This document shows positions 1-9,636 of a stretch of 64,000 bases of DNA, piece after piece. The translations under genes and the position numbers were made by a program. The first letter of the stretch is position 1. The number at the start of each line of letters is the position of its first letter. The notes beneath the pieces were generated by a model, which saw only the letters and a list, made by a program, of their open reading frames with translations, was not told the origin of the DNA and ran no database searches. The DNA comes from an uncultured bacterium (lineage in GTDB: Bacteria; Patescibacteriota; Minisyncoccia; Phycocordibacterales; UBA9973), in the NCBI GenBank assembly GCA_903894565.1, contig CAITQP010000011.1:70515-134514 (forward strand), read 5' to 3'.

Positions 1-23
1 ACGTTGAAAAGTCGCCTCTCGCC

Positions 24-1130
24 ATGGAACTTATTTTTACAAATGCGATGTACCATGCCAGTCAGAAGGGACTATGGGAAATTTGGATTCAAGGAGCACC
101 ACACTTTTGGTTTTCACTCGAGATAGCAGGTTTTAACGGCGAGGTGCATTTTTATATTCGATCACCTTCGCGTATTCGTGACCTTGTAGAAACACAAGTG
201 TATGCGCAATACCCACAAGCAAAAGTAAAAGAAGTCGAAGACTACACACTTTCGGTGCCATTTGATGCGCCAAACGATGATTGGTATGTTTGGGGCGCGG
301 AATGGAAATTGTTGAACGACGATGCACTGCCTCTTCGTACATACAAGGATTATGGACTTGATCAACCGAGTGACAAAGAAACACTCAAGATTGATCCGCT
401 GACGCCAACGATCGAGTATCTTGGAGCGCTCAAGAGAGGACAGCAGGTGTGGATTCAACACGTCGTGCGACCATCGCTCAAGTCATACCACGGACATGGC
501 CACGGTGAGCCAAAGCATCATGGGTGGGTAGACGAAGCACACGCTGTTATGGAACGAATGCTTGATCCATATCGTCAGTATCGTTTGCAAGAAGGTGGTC
601 CAAAAGCAGGAACATACGCGTCTGAAGTTCGTGCTCCACGTACGATCGAAGAAAAAATGGAAAAGATTCGCGAAAAAATTGCGAAACTTGGATTCGACGT
701 TGGTATACGATTGATGTGTGTGGCTGATGCTCGCTTCAATACAGTCGAAGATTTTAACGGCCTCCGTCGATCGAGTCGTTTGATGTTTCGTCAATATAAT
801 GCGCCAGATAGTAATAGTCTTGTTCGTATTAACGCGACACAATTCGATTCACCATTTGCCGACCCAACAGGACTTGCAATCTGGAAGTTGAAAAACAGAA
901 CACTCAATTGGTATCGATTGCGTATTTTTTACCATCCACCACTGTGGTACTCATTTGATTACGGACCGACGATTACTGCGTTTACTGGAGCGAAGCCACT
1001 CGTTATTTCAGTGTTAAACGTTGAAGAACTTGCGACATTGTTCCATTTTCCGGGTCAGGTTTCGCAGGCTCCTTCGTTCAAACGTGTCGAGTCTCGTGTT
1101 GCAAAGCCGCCTTCGAATTTGCCTATGTAA
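24..1130 (+). CDS. hypothetical protein, probably 5'-truncated at the window edge; contains an HGHGHGEPKHHG His/Gly metal-binding-like motif
   Basis: Long ORF in frame from base 3 with no upstream stop. No P-loop or other recognisable catalytic motif. Confidence 0.45.
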   Translation: MELIFTNAMYHASQKGLWEIWIQGAPHFWFSLEIAGFNGEVHFYIRSPSRIRDLVETQVYAQYPQAKVKEVEDYTLSVPFDAPNDDWYVWGAEWKLLNDDALPLRTYKDYGLDQPSDKETLKIDPLTPTIEYLGALKRGQQVWIQHVVRPSLKSYHGHGHGEPKHHGWVDEAHAVMERMLDPYRQYRLQEGGPKAGTYASEVRAPRTIEEKMEKIREKIAKLGFDVGIRLMCVADARFNTVEDFNGLRRSSRLMFRQYNAPDSNSLVRINATQFDSPFADPTGLAIWKLKNRTLNWYRLRIFYHPPLWYSFDYGPTITAFTGAKPLVISVLNVEELATLFHFPGQVSQAPSFKRVESRVAKPPSNLPM

Positions 1131-1136
1131 TTTTGT

Positions 1137-2138
1137 ATGGAGCCTTTTGATGGAAACAATGAGAATACAATCAAAGAGCCGGTTTCGCCCAACGGGCGAA
1201 ACCGGCTCTGGGCGTTTCTCGTCGCATTTCTTATCGCGCTCAGTTTTTGTTGGTTTGCAATAAAGGCACCGAGTGGCTTTCCGCAAGAGGGAGCAACTGT
1301 AACGATCGCAAGCGGGGAGTCGCTCAAATCCGTTGGTACAAAGCTCCAGAATGCAAATATTATTCGTTCCCGTGTTGTATTTTCAAGCCTCGTTACGTTT
1401 ATGGGCGGAGAAAGAAGTATTTCTCCAGGAGATTATGTATTTAAAAATGGAGAATCACTACTTTCAATCGCACAACAAATAGCTCGTGGACAACACGGAG
1501 TTGATCAAATCAAAATTACAATTCCAGAAGGTGAGACGAATAGAGAGGTAGCAGATACAATCATCAAAAAAATTCCAAATTTTGACATACAAAAATTTCT
1601 TTCTATTTCAAAATCAAAAGAAGGGTACCTATTTCCCGAAACATATTTTGTATACCCAGCGGTTACTGCAGAAGAATTGAATCAGGAAATGACGGCAATG
1701 TTTGACCGACAAACGAAAGAACTATTCACGCGAGAGATACTTAACAAAGAGAGTCAAAGCGATATCGTCATCATGGCGTCATTGATTGAGCGTGAAGCAC
1801 ATGGTGATGACGACAGGGCAATGATCGCTGGGATACTTTGGAATCGTATTCAAAAAGGTATGTCGCTACAAGTCGATGCGACGGTAGCATATGCAAACAA
1901 CAAACCGGATACACAACTGCAGAAAAGCGATTTTTCGATTGATTCGCCGTACAATACTTATAAATACAGAGGTTTACCACCGGCGCCAATCGCTAACCCC
2001 GGACTCCTTGCACTCAAAGCTGCCATTTCTCCCTCAAAAACTGGTTACCTCTATTATCTTCACGACAAGCATGGTACTATCCATTACGCGAAAACTTACG
2101 CCGAGCATTTGAAGAATATTGCTCGATATCTTAAATAA
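1137..2138 (+). CDS. mltG: endolytic murein transglycosylase MltG (YceG family)
   Basis: N-terminal TM helix. Motifs YLFPETY, LIEREA, DATVAYA, SPYNTYKYRGLPPAPIANPG typical of YceG/MltG. Confidence 0.85.
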   Translation: MEPFDGNNENTIKEPVSPNGRNRLWAFLVAFLIALSFCWFAIKAPSGFPQEGATVTIASGESLKSVGTKLQNANIIRSRVVFSSLVTFMGGERSISPGDYVFKNGESLLSIAQQIARGQHGVDQIKITIPEGETNREVADTIIKKIPNFDIQKFLSISKSKEGYLFPETYFVYPAVTAEELNQEMTAMFDRQTKELFTREILNKESQSDIVIMASLIEREAHGDDDRAMIAGILWNRIQKGMSLQVDATVAYANNKPDTQLQKSDFSIDSPYNTYKYRGLPPAPIANPGLLALKAAISPSKTGYLYYLHDKHGTIHYAKTYAEHLKNIARYLK

Positions 2139-2154
2139 ATCAGCATTTAATCTT

Positions 2155-3585
2155 ATGGAAAAACACTACTATCCGACCATTGGTCTTGAAATTCACGCCG
2201 AACTTCGCACGAACTCAAAAATGTTCTGTGGTTGTAAAAACGACCCTGACGAGACCAAGCCAAACGTGAATATTTGTCCGATTTGTATGGCGCATCCGGG
2301 AGCAATTCCCGTGCCAAACAAACGCGCGATTGAGCAAGTCATCCGCGTTGGTCTTTCAATTGATGGAACAATTGCAGACTTCACCGAATTTGATCGCAAA
2401 AATTATTTTTATCCAGACATTCCAAAAGGCTATCAAATTTCTCAATACAAATATCCGATTGTCTCTGGCGGAAGTCTGGCTGACATGAAAGTAACTCGTA
2501 TTCACCTTGAGGAAGATACTGCGACGAGTAAACATGACCGAGGCGACTTTTCATTGATTGATTTCAATCGTGGGGGTGTGCCACTCATGGAGCTCGTAAC
2601 TGACGCTCAAACATTCGACGATATCGAAACTGCTGCAAAAACTGGCGGAGATTTTGGTCGCGAATACCAACTTCTTTTGCAGTATCTTGGTGCTTCGTAC
2701 GCCAACATGGAAAAAGGTGAGATGCGTGTAGAAGCAAACATTTCAATTTCGCCTGACCAAAAAGTCTGGGGCACAAAAGTTGAAGTAAAAAATCTTAACT
2801 CATTCAAGAGTGTCGAGCGTGCTATCCGCTACGAACTCAATCGCATGCGTGATTTGTACGAAGAAGGACGACAAGGGGAGATCGTTCAAGAAACACGTGG
2901 TTGGGATGAAATGAAGGGCAGCACATTTAGTCAGCGCGCAAAAGAATCCGCAGCTGATTATCGATATTTTCCGGATCCAGATATTCCAAAATTAAAATTG
3001 ACGGAGCTTTTTGACATGGATGCGCTCAAGATCGCACTTCCCGAGCTTCCTGTGGCAAAACGTGCGCGATATAAGAAAGATTACGGAATCAAGGATGAGG
3101 ATATCGAACGATACGTGAATGATTTTGAACTCGCTGTTTGGTTTGAGGAAGTGATCAAAGCATTGAATGATTCTGAGAAAATAAAAGTTGCATCAAACTA
3201 TACGACATCTGACTTGCTTGGAATTCTGAAAAATGATTCTGAGGCAAAAAAGCCATCACCGAAAAATTTTGCGGAGCTTGTCGCTCTCGTGACTGAAGGC
3301 AAAGTATCTTCACGTGCAGCAAAAGATATTCTTGCAATGATTGTAAAAGTTGACGGCTCGCCGAATGCGCTCGCCGAACAGCATGGTCTTATTCAGAAAA
3401 ACGATGAAGGTGCACTCAAAGCAATAGCTCAAAAAATCATCGAAGCAAATCCTAAAGTTGTCGCTGATTACAAATCTGGCAAGGAAGCTGCAATCATGAG
3501 CTTGGTTGGACAAATGATGAAAGAAACCAAAGGAAGCGCGAACCCCGCAATCGCATTAAAATTAATAAAAGAGCTTGTCGCGTAG
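2155..3585 (+). CDS. gatB: Asp-tRNA(Asn)/Glu-tRNA(Gln) amidotransferase subunit B
   Basis: MEKHYYPTIGLEIHAEL... N-terminus and full-length GatB/YqeY architecture. Start moved to the ATG at 2155, just after the mltG stop. Confidence 0.9.
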   Translation: MEKHYYPTIGLEIHAELRTNSKMFCGCKNDPDETKPNVNICPICMAHPGAIPVPNKRAIEQVIRVGLSIDGTIADFTEFDRKNYFYPDIPKGYQISQYKYPIVSGGSLADMKVTRIHLEEDTATSKHDRGDFSLIDFNRGGVPLMELVTDAQTFDDIETAAKTGGDFGREYQLLLQYLGASYANMEKGEMRVEANISISPDQKVWGTKVEVKNLNSFKSVERAIRYELNRMRDLYEEGRQGEIVQETRGWDEMKGSTFSQRAKESAADYRYFPDPDIPKLKLTELFDMDALKIALPELPVAKRARYKKDYGIKDEDIERYVNDFELAVWFEEVIKALNDSEKIKVASNYTTSDLLGILKNDSEAKKPSPKNFAELVALVTEGKVSSRAAKDILAMIVKVDGSPNALAEQHGLIQKNDEGALKAIAQKIIEANPKVVADYKSGKEAAIMSLVGQMMKETKGSANPAIALKLIKELVA

Positions 3586-3590
3586 CTAGA

Positions 3591-3687
3591 AAATGTACTC
3601 GGGAAAGGACTCGCGGAGCGCGACGGCGCGAGCGTGAGGCGAAAATCCTTCAGGATTTTACGCTGGTCCTTTCATGAGTACACTTTT
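3591..3687. repeat. structured palindromic repeat element, copy A (71-nt conserved core 3603-3673 inside an outer terminator-like hairpin)
   Basis: Core GAAAGGAC...GTCCTTTC is 67/71 identical to 7680-7750. Internal stems CTCGCG/CGCGAG and GCGAAAATCC-TTCA-GGATTTTaCGC. Outer stem TGTACTC/GAGTACA followed by a T-run. Confidence 0.7.
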
Positions 3688-3727
3688 CTTGCTACGCGCC
3701 ACGATCTTGTAGTATAGTGACAAAATT

Positions 3728-4825
3728 ATGGCAAATAAGGATTTTTATAATATTCTCGGCGTCTCGAAAGAGGCCTCAAAAGACGAAATCAAAAAGGCTT
3801 TTCATAAGCTCGCTCATAAATATCACCCTGACAAAAATAAAGGGGATGATTCTAAATTCAAAGAAGTGAATGAGGCATACCAGACACTTTCTGATGACGG
3901 AAAACGTGCCGAATACGATAGATTTGGATCAGAAGGACCGCAAGGATTTGGCGGACAGGGCGGATTCCAAGGTGGATTCAACCAAGGTGGTTTCGAAGGA
4001 TTTGATTTTTCCGGATTCCAAAACGGACAAGGTTTTGATATGGGAGATCTCGGCGATATTTTTGGTGAGTTTTTTGGTGGCGGACGCGGTGGCAATCAGC
4101 CACGACGCGGACGCGACATCTCAACAGAAATTACAATTCCATTTGCTGACAGTATTTTTGGAACCGTACGCAAAATTTTGATTACCAAAACATCGACTTG
4201 TGATACCTGTAATGGCTCTGGAGCAAAACAAGGAAGCAAGTCGGTAAGTTGTTCACAATGTAACGGCAAAGGACAAGTGCGCGAAACACGTCGCTCGATT
4301 CTCGGACCAGTCACAACAACTCGCGTGTGTGACGTGTGTGCCGGAGCTGGAACTGTGCCACAAGAAATGTGTGCAACATGTAAAGGCGCGGGCGTGCACC
4401 GCAAAGAAGAAGAAATTGAAATCCGTGTCCCCGCAGGAATTGAACCAGGCGAGATGATTCGTCTAACAGGCATGGGTGAAGCTGTGCGCAAAGGTGCATC
4501 AGGAGATTTGTACGTGAAGATCAATGTACAATCTCACCCAACATTCCGTCGAGATCGTATCAACTTGCTCATGGACATGGAAGTGAAACTCTCAGAGGCT
4601 ATTCTCGGCGCTGAGCGCGTCGTAGAGACACTTGATGGCTCGGTGACTATAAAGATACCGGAAGGCATCGCAAGTGGCACTCAGCTTCGCGTCAAAGAGC
4701 GTGGCGTGCCAGCAGGCAAAAGTCGCCGAGGAGATCTCATGATCAAAGTCACGGTCAAAATCCCAACAAAACTTTCCCGCAAGGCAAAAGAGGCTGTGGA
4801 ATTACTTCAGGACGAGGGGCTATAA
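3728..4825 (+). CDS. dnaJ: molecular chaperone DnaJ
   Basis: J-domain with HPD, G/F-rich linker, four CxxCxGxG zinc-finger repeats, C-terminal domain. Confidence 0.92.
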   Translation: MANKDFYNILGVSKEASKDEIKKAFHKLAHKYHPDKNKGDDSKFKEVNEAYQTLSDDGKRAEYDRFGSEGPQGFGGQGGFQGGFNQGGFEGFDFSGFQNGQGFDMGDLGDIFGEFFGGGRGGNQPRRGRDISTEITIPFADSIFGTVRKILITKTSTCDTCNGSGAKQGSKSVSCSQCNGKGQVRETRRSILGPVTTTRVCDVCAGAGTVPQEMCATCKGAGVHRKEEEIEIRVPAGIEPGEMIRLTGMGEAVRKGASGDLYVKINVQSHPTFRRDRINLLMDMEVKLSEAILGAERVVETLDGSVTIKIPEGIASGTQLRVKERGVPAGKSRRGDLMIKVTVKIPTKLSRKAKEAVELLQDEGL

Positions 4826-4864
4826 AAATTACCTCGTTGTTAGCGAAGTAATTTAGTTTTTTTC
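4825..4864 (+). terminator. intrinsic terminator after dnaJ
   Basis: Hairpin AAATTACCTCG-loop-CGAAGTAATTT followed by AGTTTTTTT. Confidence 0.55.
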
Positions 4865-5213
4865 GTCATCGCTATGTGAGCGATGTTGTTTGTTTGCATT
4901 TTGTGCACTCGAATATCGGAGTGATTGTACCAAGAGATGTGAGCGGTGAGTCTGGTATTACATACCAGCGCTTTTTTCCGTTGCAAACAGGTGACGTACA
5001 CGATATGAAAACCCGTGACTTTGTATGTTTTCTCATAGAAGACTTGTTTAAAATAATTTTTTATTAGTAAACCATCGTCGTCGTGTAAGGTAAACAAATG
5101 CAAAAATGTGGATAACTCGGGTTGACCTATTTACATTCTCGACGTAGATGCTATTATTTGCGCATTAAAAAAATAAGCAAAAAAGAGACCTCCATATCTA
5201 TATTTAACGAGAA

Positions 5214-6587
5214 ATGAAACCAACCTCATCCAAAAAACTTTGGAAAATCGGCATGAAGGAATACAACACCCAGTATTTCGACTTCAATAAAGACGGTGAC
5301 CTTATTATCAAAGAGGGCCACAACATTTATAATGTTCGCTATCTTGCGGAGAAGATGGGTACTCCACTTCAGATTCTTATGCCGTTTGTTATTGAGGAGC
5401 GCCTCGAGGACTTTCTAGACTTGAACAAGGAACTTGCCAAGAAGATTGGTTATCACGGAAAGTTTTTTTATCATTACCCAATGAAGGTGAATCAGAACAA
5501 GGAGGTCATCATGGCCCTTGTTGGTGATGGTGCTCATCTTGAGACATCTTCGTACAACGACCTCTATCTCATCAAAAAGATGCTTGATGCGGAAACATTC
5601 AATCCAAATATCCGTATTCTTTGTAATGGACCAAAGACAGACAAATATCTCAACCTTATCGATGAACTTCAGCACAAGGGCACAAAAGTCTTTCCGCTTA
5701 TTGAAGGACCGAACGAACTCAAAGTGCTTCAGCACTCACGTTACGATGTAGGTATTCGTCTTGCCATGAAAGTGAAGGTGAATTCTCGTTGGAACAAGCC
5801 AATCGATCGTTTTGGATTTCCTGCAGAAGAAATTCTTGCTATGGACAAGTTTAAGAACTTGAAAATTTTGCACTACCATATCGGTGGACAGATCGAGACG
5901 ATCAATGACATGCTTCCTCCGATCAAGTATGCATTGAATGTGTACTTTAAATTGAAGGAAAAGAATCCATCGCTCGACACACTTGATATTGGAGGTGGAA
6001 TGCCGATTCCGTTTACTCGCACCAAGACTTACTCCATTGAGAAGCTCATGGAAAAAATCTTTGAACTTTTGAAGAGCGAAGCTGACAAACGTGGCGTCCC
6101 TCACCCAAACCTTATTTGTGAGTGGGGAAGTTACATGGTGTATCCAGCTCAGATCACAATTTACAAAGTGAGTGATACAAAGAAAATCAACGACAAGAAA
6201 GCTGAGGGAAAGAAATGGTATGTCATTGACGGAAGCTTCATGAACGATCTGTGTGATACATGGGCGATTGGTCAAAAATGGGCAATGGCACCAGCTAATA
6301 ACAAGAACGACAAGAACTTGAATGAAGTCTGGCTTGCTGGTTCTACTTGTGATTCTGACGATACGTACAAAGGCATAAATGGCTCGGTAACGTTACCTGA
6401 CTATGATTTTGATACGCAGGATCCAATGTACATTGTGATATTCGATACAGGAGGCTACCAAGCATCACTCTCTATGAAGCACTGCCTATTGTCTGCTCCA
6501 CTTAAGATTATTGCCGAGAATGGACACATCGTCGTCGCTCGCAAACGTGAAAGTCCAGAGGACGTTGGTCAAAAGTTCGGTTGGTAA
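5214..6587 (+). CDS. PLP-dependent Orn/Arg/DAP decarboxylase family 2 enzyme, likely arginine decarboxylase by context
   Basis: PLP-lysine motif YPMKVNQNKEVIMALVGDG and LDIGGGMP motif. Followed by DHS-like gene, with agmatinase convergent downstream. Confidence 0.7.
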   Translation: MKPTSSKKLWKIGMKEYNTQYFDFNKDGDLIIKEGHNIYNVRYLAEKMGTPLQILMPFVIEERLEDFLDLNKELAKKIGYHGKFFYHYPMKVNQNKEVIMALVGDGAHLETSSYNDLYLIKKMLDAETFNPNIRILCNGPKTDKYLNLIDELQHKGTKVFPLIEGPNELKVLQHSRYDVGIRLAMKVKVNSRWNKPIDRFGFPAEEILAMDKFKNLKILHYHIGGQIETINDMLPPIKYALNVYFKLKEKNPSLDTLDIGGGMPIPFTRTKTYSIEKLMEKIFELLKSEADKRGVPHPNLICEWGSYMVYPAQITIYKVSDTKKINDKKAEGKKWYVIDGSFMNDLCDTWAIGQKWAMAPANNKNDKNLNEVWLAGSTCDSDDTYKGINGSVTLPDYDFDTQDPMYIVIFDTGGYQASLSMKHCLLSAPLKIIAENGHIVVARKRESPEDVGQKFGW

Positions 6588-6612
6588 ATTATTATTTGAT
6601 ATACTTATTCTC

Positions 6613-7632
6613 ATGAACAACAATCTTCCAACATTCGAATTTATTCTAAAGAATTACAAGAACTTCAACGCACGAGCACTTCGTGACGCAACTCTCGCGT
6701 ACTGGGATCACACCCAAAAAGGTGGAAAGATGTTCTGGGCTGTCGCCGGAGCTATGAGTTCTGCTCAGCTCGGTATCGTGCTTGCTCCTGCCATTCGAGC
6801 AGGTCTCATTTCGGGCATGTCTGTCACGGGCGCAAACCTTGAGGAATCATTGTTCCGTTTGGTAGCGCATGATCACTACAAGGATTTTCCAGATTATCGT
6901 TATTTCACGAAAGAAGACGATACCAAGATTCTTGAGAATCGCATGCGTCGCGTGACGGACACTTCGATTCCTGAGGACGAAGCGTTCCGCGTGGTTGAAA
7001 AACAAATCGTGCCTACGTGGAAGAAGGCTACAGAAGACAAGACTCGTCGTTTCTGGCACGAATATTTTTACGAACTTATTCAGCAAGTTGATCCAAAAGA
7101 CTATCAAGGTGACGTGAATGAGTGCTGGTTGCTCGCAGCAGCGCAAGCGAATATTCCAATCGTTGTTCCAGGATACGAAGACTCAACATTTGGAAATATT
7201 TTCGCAGGTCATGTGTATCATAATGATTGCACCGCATCAATCGTCAAAAGTGGCGTTGAATACATGGCTGCGTTTTATGAGCAGTACCAGAAGATGTCTG
7301 AAGGTGCAGGTGTCGGATTCTTCCAGATTGGAGGAGGTATCGCCGGAGATTTTCCAATTTGTGTTGTTCCTTCCCTTAAGTATGACGTTGAAGTCAAAGA
7401 GGTGAAGCCATGGGCATACTTCTGTCAGATTTCAGACTCGACTACTTCATACGGATCATATTCGGGTGCTACTCCAAACGAGAAAATCACTTGGGACAAG
7501 CTCACCAAAGACACTCCGATGTTTGTCGTTGAATCAGACGCGACTATCGTCGCTCCACTTATGCTCACTGCGCTTCTCGAAGCAAAAGCAAACCCTGACG
7601 CAGCAAATGCTTTAATCAAACAGTACGCGTAG
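6613..7632 (+). CDS. deoxyhypusine synthase-like protein
   Basis: QIGGGIAGDF and SYSGATPNEKITWDKL resemble the DHS NAD-binding and active-site-lysine region. Start trimmed to ATG 6613 (MNNNLPTFEF). Confidence 0.65.
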   Translation: MNNNLPTFEFILKNYKNFNARALRDATLAYWDHTQKGGKMFWAVAGAMSSAQLGIVLAPAIRAGLISGMSVTGANLEESLFRLVAHDHYKDFPDYRYFTKEDDTKILENRMRRVTDTSIPEDEAFRVVEKQIVPTWKKATEDKTRRFWHEYFYELIQQVDPKDYQGDVNECWLLAAAQANIPIVVPGYEDSTFGNIFAGHVYHNDCTASIVKSGVEYMAAFYEQYQKMSEGAGVGFFQIGGGIAGDFPICVVPSLKYDVEVKEVKPWAYFCQISDSTTSYGSYSGATPNEKITWDKLTKDTPMFVVESDATIVAPLMLTALLEAKANPDAANALIKQYA

Positions 7633-7660
7633 AGAAATAACCACAGAGGTACAGAAGCCG

Positions 7661-7770
7661 AAAAAAATAAAACACCCCCGAAAGGACTCGCGGAGCGCGA
7701 CGGCGCGAGCGTGAGGCGAAATTTCTTCAGAAATTTACGCTGGTCCTTTCGGGGGTGTTTTATTTTTTTC
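7661..7770. repeat. structured palindromic repeat element, copy B (core 7680-7750) inside a bidirectional terminator hairpin
   Basis: Outer stem AAAACACCCCC/GGGGGTGTTTT with A-tract and T-tract flanks. The core differs from copy A by two compensatory base pairs (AAATTTC-TTCA-GAAATTT). Confidence 0.7.
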
Positions 7771-7781
7771 GGCCACCGTAA

Positions 7782-8684
7782 TTATTTGAGCTTCTTTTTT
7801 GCTTCGAGGAGACGCTTCTTGTAGAACGTGTTGATCATGTTGTATACAATCTGTGCTGCTCCATATTCGGTAAGTACGTTATCGGAGACAGGGGAGACTT
7901 CGACGACATCGGCACCGACGAGTGTCTTTTTCTCGATGACTTTCTCGAGGAGCTTCAATGTATACCACCATTCGAGGCCACCTTGCACTGGTGTACCAGT
8001 ACCAGGCATATATGCTGGGTCAATACCATCAACGTCAATTGAGATATATACCTTTTTTGTGTTGATAGCGGAGACAACTTTGGCAATACTTGGAATTTTT
8101 TCACCATTCCATTCAAAAGTTTTGATATTTTTGAACGAAGAGAAATAATCTGATTCTTCCTTTGAATATGCGCGAATACCAACTTGTACAAGATTGAATC
8201 CGATTTCGTGTGCTCGACGCATGACAGCTGAGTGAGCATACTCAGTTGGGTCAGTATCATTGTAGTCACTATCGTCCTTGCGGAGATCACAGTGAGCATC
8301 AATTTGGAAAATCGTAATATCTTTTGGATTCTCTTTCTTCGCAAGCGCTTTGAGCGCACCAAAACTCATGGAATGTTCGCCACCGAGGAGGAGAGTGAGG
8401 GGCGCGACACTCTCAGAACACATTTTGACGACAGCTGCATGCGCTTCGTCTGGAGCCATCTTTGCAAGGCCTGGGATCTCTGTGTGAGCGATTTTGATGT
8501 AGTCAGTCGACTCGATACCATATCGCTTGTCCCAGAATTCGATCTGAGTATTCAAACATTCAACAACTTTTTTTGGACCGAGGGCGGTACCTTTGTGAAA
8601 TGATGCAGTCGCATCATACGGAGCACTGATAATATGCGCGTCAGCGACCTTCGGGTCTTTTGTATTAATGATTGATTGTGGCAT
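7782..8684 (-). CDS. speB: agmatinase / arginase-family ureohydrolase
   Basis: GGEHS, DAHCDL, SIDVDGIDPAYMPGTGTPVQGGL manganese-binding motifs. Confidence 0.8.
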   Translation of the reverse strand: MPQSIINTKDPKVADAHIISAPYDATASFHKGTALGPKKVVECLNTQIEFWDKRYGIESTDYIKIAHTEIPGLAKMAPDEAHAAVVKMCSESVAPLTLLLGGEHSMSFGALKALAKKENPKDITIFQIDAHCDLRKDDSDYNDTDPTEYAHSAVMRRAHEIGFNLVQVGIRAYSKEESDYFSSFKNIKTFEWNGEKIPSIAKVVSAINTKKVYISIDVDGIDPAYMPGTGTPVQGGLEWWYTLKLLEKVIEKKTLVGADVVEVSPVSDNVLTEYGAAQIVYNMINTFYKKRLLEAKKKLK

Positions 8685-8760
8685 GGGTGCATAATACCAC
8701 GAGAAAATGAAGAGAAAAAGATATTCACTTTCCGAAATCGGTTGACTTTGTGGTACAATA

Positions 8761-9621
8761 TTGGTGATGAAAATAAATTACGCGCAACGAATCTCGGTTT
8801 GGTATATGACCGGAATGATTATTTTTTGGTTTTTCCTTCTTGCAACTCACCGAACATTTGGTAATTTGAATTATTTCTTTTCGTTTTTAATGGGACTGCT
8901 TCCTTTTTTTGGTGGTATCGTGGCAATGATGCGTGCGCGCGATTGGACGAGCATGAAAGGGTATGTGAGTCGAGGTGTATTCTTCCTCGGACTCGGTCTT
9001 TTCTGCTGGGGTTGTGGTGAATTGATTTGGTCTTACTATAATTTCTTTACCGGCGTGTCTGCTCCTTACCCATCATTCGCGGACCTTGGCTTTGCTCCAA
9101 GTGTATTTTTCTATTGTATCGGTGCTGTATATCTTGCACGTGCTGCAGGTGCTGACCTTGGACTTCGACGACGCTTTGCAACGCTATTCATGGTTGTCGT
9201 TCCAGTCATCATGTTCTTTTTTTCGTACTATTTCTTGGTTACGGTTGCTCGTCAGGGTGTTTTGCTTTCAAGCTCTGATTCGCCACTCAAGAATTTCTTT
9301 GATATTGCATATCCAATCGGTGACTTTATCAGTTTGACAGCGGCTGTTGTGATCTCTGGACTTTCTTTCCGCTTCATCATGAGCGAGTATCGCATTGCCA
9401 TCTTCTCAATATTGTCTGGTCTCGCGGTAATGTTCGTTGCGGACTCTATTTTTTCGTACACCACAAGTCTCGCGACATATTTCAACGGCGACCTTGGTGA
9501 CATCATTTTCACCATCGCACTTTTCCTCCTGACATTTGGTGTTCTTGGTTTTTGTGGAGAGACGGATGAGTCTGCTTTAAATGAAAAACCAACGTTCTTC
9601 CGTTCGCTCTGGCACGTATAA
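8761..9621 (+). CDS. polytopic membrane protein, paralog A of 11486-12343
   Basis: Multiple TM helices. Shared blocks SAPYPSFADLGFAPSVFFYCIGAVYLA and FDIAYPIGDF with paralog B. Confidence 0.55.
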   Translation: MVMKINYAQRISVWYMTGMIIFWFFLLATHRTFGNLNYFFSFLMGLLPFFGGIVAMMRARDWTSMKGYVSRGVFFLGLGLFCWGCGELIWSYYNFFTGVSAPYPSFADLGFAPSVFFYCIGAVYLARAAGADLGLRRRFATLFMVVVPVIMFFFSYYFLVTVARQGVLLSSSDSPLKNFFDIAYPIGDFISLTAAVVISGLSFRFIMSEYRIAIFSILSGLAVMFVADSIFSYTTSLATYFNGDLGDIIFTIALFLLTFGVLGFCGETDESALNEKPTFFRSLWHV

Positions 9622-9636
9622 TACTATTTATCACTT

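Noticed and set aside
4096-4524. 142-aa minus-strand ORF
   Set aside because: It lies antisense inside dnaJ and is a GC-rich shadow frame.
4840-5103. 87-aa and 63-aa ORFs in the dnaJ-decarboxylase spacer
   Set aside because: The region is AT-rich and looks non-coding. The ORFs overlap each other on opposite strands with no start context. I treated it as leader or regulatory DNA.
3591-7770. Possible CRISPR array from the two repeat copies
   Set aside because: There are only two copies, 4 kb apart and separated by genes. They are long (71 nt) and highly structured, with no spacer-repeat periodicity and no cas genes.
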